A DNA stretch of 63,750 nucleotides, counting the filler, from Craspedostauros australis (lineage: Eukaryota): NCBI GenBank assembly GCA_030167865.1. It is 8 parts of 8 records of this genome, joined end to end, with 100 filler letters (N's around TTAATTAATTAA, not from the genome) between each part and the next. Parts side by side here need not be neighbours in the genome. Positions count along the whole stretch, not along the records: positions 56,597 to 59,662 come from JALAGF010005282.1; positions 59,763 to 63,750 come from JALAGF010005283.1; 6 more parts are not named here. One strand, written 5' to 3'. The notes beneath the pieces are model-generated. The model made no database searches, was not told where the DNA came from, and saw only the letters and a list, made by a program, of their open reading frames with translations. Position 1 is the stretch's first letter. The number at the start of each line of letters is the position of its first letter. The translations under genes and the position numbers were made by a program. Below are positions 56,497 to 63,750 of the stretch, piece by piece.

Positions 56497-57610
56497 NNNN
56501 NNNNNNNNNNNNNNNNNNNNNNNNNNNNNNNNNNNNNNNNTTAATTAATTAANNNNNNNNNNNNNNNNNNNNNNNNNNNNNNNNNNNNNNNNNNNNTTCC
56601 CAAAGAAATAAATTGTAATTCCACCCGGAATTATAATTTAAATTATTTTGGAATTCCGAGCGTATTCTTCATGTGACCACGACGGCAGTGTGAGATCTTT
56701 CCCTTTTTGGGTGGAATTGCTGGGGAGAGAGGGCCGGAATTATAATTTAATTTACATTACAATTCCGTTCGACCTCGTAGTATTTCCATGTTGGATGGGA
56801 ATCTTTCCACATCCCCACGTAGAACTGATGTAACTTCCCTACCTGATGAAGGTCACGAACTGCGCTGCATGCCTAAAAAGCTCCACTACGAGAAGGCACC
56901 TCCTCCGTTTCTCTTAGCGTTCCCGCGTCCCACTCAAGTCACGCACCCCCCTGCAGCGCGCGCCCGCAACCAAAATGCGCGGTCGTTTGATCGTCACGTG
57001 TTGATCGAACGCGACAGCCAAGCCGACAGCATGGACTGCTGCAACGACGTTGAGTGGAGCAGTCTACCTTTCATACTGTGTAAGTCCTGCATTGCATTGG
57101 AGGACAACAGATCCCTAATGACAACCGCAACCTCACTATGTAGGCACGTTTGTATAGGTCGCACCATGCCACAATCATTCCTCTATTGGCATGCGTACAG
57201 CAGACAGTCCAATGCATCGCGCGTTGCTCTATTATGTATACTACCGTGGCTGTTGCAAATTACATTGTTGTAGCCACATGTAAGCCACACAGTAGAGACG
57301 GATTGCATCAAGTGGGACATGAAACACCATCCGATGCAATCGAAGTCATGGGAGGCTGAAGCACTACTTGTACAGAGCATGCCACACCGACATGCTACTA
57401 GTTGGCATGAACTGGAGGAGCTACTTTGTAGACTATGTTGTAGTCGACAGCGTACAACGCTGGCGACAACGAGATGGAGCCCAGGCACTTCCTTCACGAC
57501 CAGTGGACTCGCCGTTCTCGCTGTCATCACACAAAACGCTGTCTTGCAACAATCCCGCACCAACTTGTACTCCACGTAGTCGAAGCAGCGCCAACACAAA
57601 ACTCACAGAC

Positions 57611-58754
57611 ATGGATGTCGTGTCACAGGGCAGCTGCGCAGGTGAATTCGCAGTGGAAGGCTTTTTGTTGATGGGACGCGACATGGACCGTCATGATGCC
57701 AACAAGCTGAACGACTCACAGCTGCGAGAGTTTCGTGGAATGTTCGGCACGGATCCATCGATCACTCACCTGCTCTGGGAAGACCTGATTGGCACAGGTC
57801 TTCTCCCCTTCGATGCGAAGCCGAAACACCTCCTTTGGATGTGCGCGTTCCTCCGAATGTATTTGGCGGAGACAGTGGTTGCGCGGATGATGGACGTCAG
57901 CGCGAAAACTTTCCGCAAGTGGGCGTGGGTCATGGCCCGAGCGGTTGCCGAGTTGCGTCATGACATCGTAAGTACAGCACATGAGAACCCCCCCAAAAAT
58001 TGCGAACCCTCTTTTTTACCTACCACGACTCACTCACAATTTCCATTCGTGACTGATTGTATCCATCTTGCTTGCCTACAGATCGACCTAGACAATCGCT
58101 TNNNNNNNNNNNNNNNNNNNNNNNNNNNNNNNNNNNNNNNNNNNNNNNNNNACGACTCACTCACAATTTCCATTCGTGACTGATTGTATCCATCTTGCTT
58201 GCCTACAGATCGACCTAGACAATCGCTTTATTGATGCAGACAGAGATGGCAGCGCTTTCTTAACTGTGGACGGCACTGACTTTCGCACTAACGACCCCAA
58301 ACCGTTCAACAGGGTGTGGTTCTCGCACAAGTTCAAAGCTGCTGGTGTTAGGTATGAAGTGGCTGTTTCCATCAGTAGAGGAGACATTGTTTGGGTGAAT
58401 GGCCCCTTTCCATGTGGATACATGAATGACCTGTCCATCTTCCGGTCTGCCCTCAAGCAAGCAATTCGCGCAGACGAGGTCGTGATTGCTGATAACGGCT
58501 ACAGAGGAGATGACAAAGTATTTCCTCCGACATACAGAGCGGATGGCATTCTTCGTGCTCGTCATGAAACAATTAACGGCAGGTTGAAGCAGTGGGGCTG
58601 TTTGGGGCAGAAGTGGCGTCACCACGTGGACAAGCATCACACAGCCTTTCATGCAGTGGTGGTCATCACCCAAATCGAGCTCTCTAACGGCTACCCAGCG
58701 TTCGACGCCGACAAGGCGCTGGCCACAGCTCGGCAGCGAATGGGTCACGACTAG
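57611..58754 (+). mobile_element. PIF/Harbinger (IS5-like, DDE_Tnp_4 type) transposase, two exons
   Basis: Exon 1 HTH region (PKHLLWMCAFLRMY...KTFRKW) runs to the GTAAGT donor at 57968. The acceptor is at 58081 and is duplicated at 58208 across a gap. Exon 2 has TVDGTDF, FSHKF...RYE, IADNGYRG and RARHETINGRLKQW. Confidence 0.9.
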
Positions 58755-60656
58755 ACTGCATGTTTCATTTAAAGTAGACACACGTTTCGTATTGAAGGCG
58801 TTGCTCTAACAATTAAACGTCTCTGCCATCGTGTCCGCGATTGATACGCCGCAGGGCCAAACGAATGTGACCGACGAGTGTACTACTATTAGCCTGATCG
58901 ATGAAGTTGCATCTCGACCACCAGTGTTGTGTGATGGTAACAGGCAAAACTTCATTAACACACAACCAGTACACGTAAGTGGGTTGTTTGCGCGTGTTGG
59001 CATCAAATTTGGGGCGTAACAACAATTTCCCGGAGGCACGATCAACGGAGGAAACAACAGGTGCTGAGAAGGCACGAACATTGTTGGACTGTTGCGTTGG
59101 CTGTGTCTCTGTTGCGCTTTCGTGTAATGGAAGCGATGGAGCGCGAAGGAAGATCGGCCACGCAGACTCCGTCAATGGGAGGACGGCAACAACAGAAACA
59201 CGGACGAATCGCTGTGCGATCGTGCAGAGTGGAAAGGCCAAGGTCGATGAACGGGAGCACAGACGAAACAGCTGCAGGAATGACGACGAAAAACCACGGC
59301 ACACCAGCCCCCGTCTTGTGCTTCCGCGCAGTCCAGCACACCAGCGCACGTCTTGTGCCTCCGCACAGGCGACAACGAGGCGACAACGAGGCGAAGTCCA
59401 ACAGCAACAACAACTGTACTGTGGAGGAGTGGTGGTGTGTTGCTTTATCACCAAGCCACAATGGTGATGTGTCAGTGTTAGTACAGACCGGAGAGGCCAA
59501 AGGCAGCAGATGCCGCAGACGACCATTCCAACGTCAATGGCGGAGAGACAAGGAACGACGCAGGCAGAAGCGCACCCTGTGATGTCGTGGGCAAAACACA
59601 AAAAATTGTGAGCGAGACAATCACCGAAGCGTCGGCACATCAGCGACGATCGCATCGCAAAANNNNNNNNNNNNNNNNNNNNNNNNNNNNNNNNNNNNNN
59701 NNNNNNTTAATTAATTAANNNNNNNNNNNNNNNNNNNNNNNNNNNNNNNNNNNNNNNNNNNNACAGTACCATAATATGGACGGAATGTATGATGTATTGG
59801 AATGTTGAGCATTGGTGATGGCTCCAGGATGAAGCAAGATGACCACTGCATAGTTGCACTGAAATTCTCCACGATGCATCGTGGTGATTGGCATTCGTGA
59901 ATGTCAATATCGAGTGGTGGCCCCAGAGAAACGAGCAGATCTCGACACCTACCCAACCAATCGCCACCAAACTTGGAGAGGGTGATTAAAAGCCACACAT
60001 GAGAATGCTCACAAAAGGAGAGCTCAAACAAATGGAGCGGCATGGACTTGCCGAAGAGGTTTGTGTCAAAAATGGTGGTTTTTGGGCCGGTTCGCGTGGG
60101 ACTGACGTACAAAATGTACCAGCGTCTACGTCAAAATCGACTCATACGACTAGATACCAATTGTTCCCAATGGTTACCAAAAAATTGGCCTCCATCCAAG
60201 CCAAAAGCCACTAGTATTCTCTATCCACCCATCAGTACCTATCAGCATCATGCCTGACCTAGACTGATAACTAGCTAGAATATCCTAGTCTCCCAATTGA
60301 GTCCAGTCATGTATCTATTGTTGCCAGTACTGGATCGAGTCCGGTAACGTCCGTGACTGAGACCAGTCAGTCGAGTCCAACCATGCGAGACTCGACTCAG
60401 TTGTATCTGCGGTGTCAACATATGGAAACGTGCGACCACCAAAACTTGACGCCAAAACATGGAAGCAAAGTAAATGGGCGACCAGGTGGCGCAGGTTTGG
60501 AATTCAGGCGTGGTTCTTGGAACAGGCACGGAGTAAGCAGAGACGGCATGGCAGAGTGCGCTACTTGTGGAGTAACGCAAAGTAGAGCAGGTGGAGGCAA
60601 GAAGGAAGGCAATCATAATCTACAATTATCCCTCAATCATCTGCTGGCATAAGGCA

Positions 60657-63600
60657 ATGCCCGTCTCTACCATGGAAGCTGCGTCGAAGGACGCCAATCC
60701 TTCTCCCTCCAAGAAGCAACGCTTGCCATCCTCTCCATCTGTGCGCCCGTTTCCATCGGATCCGATCAATTGCAAGGAACTGTTTGCGCCATCTACTGGT
60801 GAGAAGCTTCTGCCTCCATTGGGTATGGGTGGTAAGCAACACATTCCACCACCTACAACAAACAAACTGTTGCCTCCTGCACTCAAAGGCGCGACCTTCG
60901 ACAACAAGTGTGATGTTGAGATCCTCACCAACAACGAACAGGTTCGCACACTCAATGCAACCAATGAGAAGCTCTTTGCTCGCGTGCACATCACCACTGA
61001 CAATGGCATGATTCTTGATACCTCCAAGGTCACTGTGCAGGCCTTTGGACATGGTGTCGATGCGAATACAAAAGTGCATGTCAAAGTCTGGGTCCCGACT
61101 CCTCCAGCTTTCCCTGCACCCCTTCCCGCACTGACTATCCAACCAGCAAAGAAAGGCAAGCGCATCCAATGTGGCGACGCTGGCGACAAAGAAGCCTTCC
61201 GTCCCAAGGGACGCAACAAAATCAAGAGCAGGAAATCAAATGCGGGAAGATTCCAAAACAAGCACAACACGAACAAGAGAGATGCGNNNNNNNNNNNNNN
61301 NNNNNNNNNNNNNNNNNNNNNNNNNNNNNNNNNNNNTAAGCAACACATTCCACCACCTACAACAAACAAGCTGTTGCCTCCTGCACTCAAAGGCGCGACC
61401 TTCGACAACGAGTGTGATGTTGAGATCCTCACCAACAACGAACAGGTTCGCACACTCAATGCAACCAACGAGAAGCTCTTCGTTCGCGTGCACATCACCA
61501 CTGACAATGGCATGATTCTTGATACCTCCAAGGTCACTGTGCAGGCCTTTGGACATGGTGTCAATGCGAATACAAAAGTGCATGTCAAAGTCTGGGTCCC
61601 GACTCCTCCAGCTTTCCCTGCACCCCTTCCCGCACTGACTATCCAACCAGCAAAGAAAGGCAAGCGCATCCAATGTGGCGACGCTGGCGACAACGAAGCC
61701 TTCCGTCCCAAGGGACGCAACAAAATCAAGAGCAGGAAATCAAATGCGGGAAGATTCCAAGACAAGCACAACACGAACAAGAGAGATGCGTTTGAAACCA
61801 TCCACGAGGTTTTGCAAGAGCTCGGAGTGAAGAACCTTGCGACTGNNNNNNNNNNNNNNNNNNNNNNNNNNNNNNNNNNNNNNNNNNNNNNNNNNNNNNN
61901 NNNNNNNNNNNNNNNNNNNNNNNNNNNNNNNNNNNNNNNNNNNNNNNNNNNNNNNNNNNNNNNNNNNNNNNNNNNNNNNNNNNNNNNNNNNNNNNGATGG
62001 AGCAAGTGGTTGCGTTCGTGCGCGCGGGAGTGGACTTGCCACCAGTCAAGCTGGCTCCCAACCTATACACGATTTGCCTTGTCGGCGAGAAGAACATCGC
62101 ACGAACAGCAAGGTGCATTCTTGCCATGTCTGCTTCGCCACGCCAGTGCACGAACCTCCTCACCCGATCCAAGGGCGAACTTCCTGACGTTCAGCGTCTC
62201 GGCCTCTTGCCACATCAATACACCGTCACGCGGGGCCAGCTCCTCACTCTGCGCAACTACTACGAGCTGTTGCGCGAGGGCAACGTGGCTAGTGCTGCTG
62301 TCTACAACTATCGCGTCAGCGCTTACAGCTTGGCTGGTGTGGTGTCCTTCATCAGCAACACAACCACATACAAGGCGGGCCTTTGTCACAATATCAAATG
62401 GGGTGGGGTGATATTTGAAAATGTGCCAGTATTCGAACGTGGCGGAACGAGCGTGGGCGAACTCTTCCAAATGTACAAAACTACGACGAACAACCCAGTT
62501 GGCGAGCAAGCATTCCGATCAATGACAGGACTGCTCACGCGCAGAGGAAAAGTGGTTACTGGTCTCTCCTCTTTTGAAAACTACTTCTGGATGGCAATGA
62601 AGACGTTGAAGGAGATGCTCGTGCGCTTGAGTGCTCTCCTGGAAGATTCATTCAACGGTGATGACGCACGCGACGATGCAGCAATTGAATATATTCAAAC
62701 CTGTGAGACATTGGTGCGCGATCTGGACCTAATGATCACATTCCTCAAGTGGGAGTATACTGCTTCGCACATGCAGATCAAGTGCAAAGAAGATCCCATG
62801 CACTGCGCTCATTTCGCGCTTCGCCGCGATTCAAAAACGCGACAGGCTAAATCTACACTCAGCACCACCACCACAACAGCACCTGCCAGCACCGATACGA
62901 CATGCGTGGTCATTCATCCTCCCACAGCAACAACAGAGTGTGACACCAATGCCCTTTCTCCCATCGCTCATGATCAACAAGGCAAAGTATGCGACAGATG
63001 TGGAGAAGCGATGCGATTCATGGATGATCGCGTCGTACCATTCATCGAGACGCTCAAGGCCAATCATCTTGGCGACCACGAGGATGAACTTCGCACAATG
63101 CTGGAGGCGGTACCGGGCTTGAACAACGAGATCACTGCATACATGGCACACCAAGTTCGAGCAAAGGTCCAATTTGATCAGATGAACAAGTACAAGGCCA
63201 AGCTCAACAACAATGACAAGTGCGCCTATGTTGTCATCGACCATAAGCAGAAGATTCTGCCGACAGCGCAAGGAGAATCACAGACAGAGTACTGGGGCAA
63301 GAAGGGCATGTCGCTCCTTGGTGTTATGATTGTCACCTGCAAAGATGACGAATTCACGTATCGCTTTGTTGATATAATTGTTCATGGCCGGCCAACCCAA
63401 GACACGCTTCAAGTTGGTGGGCTTCTCAAAGTCATCCAGAAGAAGGTACACGATCTCCTACCATCGGTGACAGAAATCATCCTGCAGTCAGACAACGCGG
63501 GCTGCTTCGCCAGCCACGAGCACATCGCGCTCGTCTCATCGCGGATCAACAAGAACGCGTCACGCAACGGACTTCCCCAATTTGTCATCTGGATCTACAC

Positions 63601-63750
63601 AGAAGCCCAAACGGGCAAAGGGCGAATCGACACTCATTTCGCTTACATCACTATCGTACTACGATCTTACGTGCAAAGTGGTGGCAAGATTCAAACCGAA
63701 CACGAAATTTTCGACGCGATGCGAATGGGAAATATCAGAGGTACTACCAC
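60657..63750 (+). mobile_element. Sola3-like DDD transposase, gapped and running off the window end (catalytic part absent from the ORF track)
   Basis: Manual translation of frame +2 from 61997 gives SH..HCAHFAL...CDRC, YMAHQVRAKVQ, VIDHKQKILP..GESQTEYWGKKGMS, LQSDNAGCF and TEAQTGKGRIDTHF. 60833-61286 is duplicated at 61337-61790 across a gap. Confidence 0.75.

Noticed and set aside
58806..59655. Convergent minus-strand accessory gene of the Harbinger element
   Set aside because: Several frames are open but none gives a recognisable or protein-like product, and I could not build a splice model.
24673..59718. Seven identical TTAATTAATTAA motifs as a biological repeat or piggyBac target
   Set aside because: They are always centred in fixed-length N runs, so they are an assembly linker. 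Adjacency across them has no biological meaning.
60833..61790. Internal tandem domain duplication in the transposase
   Set aside because: Near-identical copies either side of an N gap. The same pattern occurs at 86-1389, 39126-39534, 48797-48901, 52731-53331 and 58025-58228, pointing to unmerged overlaps or haplotypes.

Overview
Eukaryotic draft-assembly DNA, most likely a diatom (inferred from GT-AG introns, a bipartite plastid-targeting 'AF' motif, DUF6824-like genes and CoDi-type copia elements). It is not one locus. Seven artificial N-TTAATTAATTAA-N linkers split it into eight contigs, and several internal gaps carry the same sequence on both sides. Contig 1 (1-24.6 kb) is gene-rich: a three-member family of secreted Cys-rich/Thr-rich proteins (one pseudogenised), an RNA methyltransferase-like gene, an ankyrin protein, a type II membrane methyltransferase-like gene, two DUF6824-like regulators and a degenerate plastid sigma-70 factor. 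The rest is mostly transposable elements: two Ty1/copia copies, a CoDi-type copia with an extra ~380-aa region, piggyBac, PIF/Harbinger-like and Sola3-like transposases, plus two host genes. The most notable signal is an unclassified mobile element with a sharp 5'-TGTCGAGATGTAC terminus, seen three times with three different flanks. It cuts a copia integrase, a piggyBac transposase and an intron donor. One copy leads into a 757-aa Gag-like ORF with an RNase H1 N-terminal (viroplasmin) domain and a Cys/His knuckle. TE lesions are frequently CpG-to-TpG/CpA changes. All family assignments come from motif recognition by eye; no searches were run.
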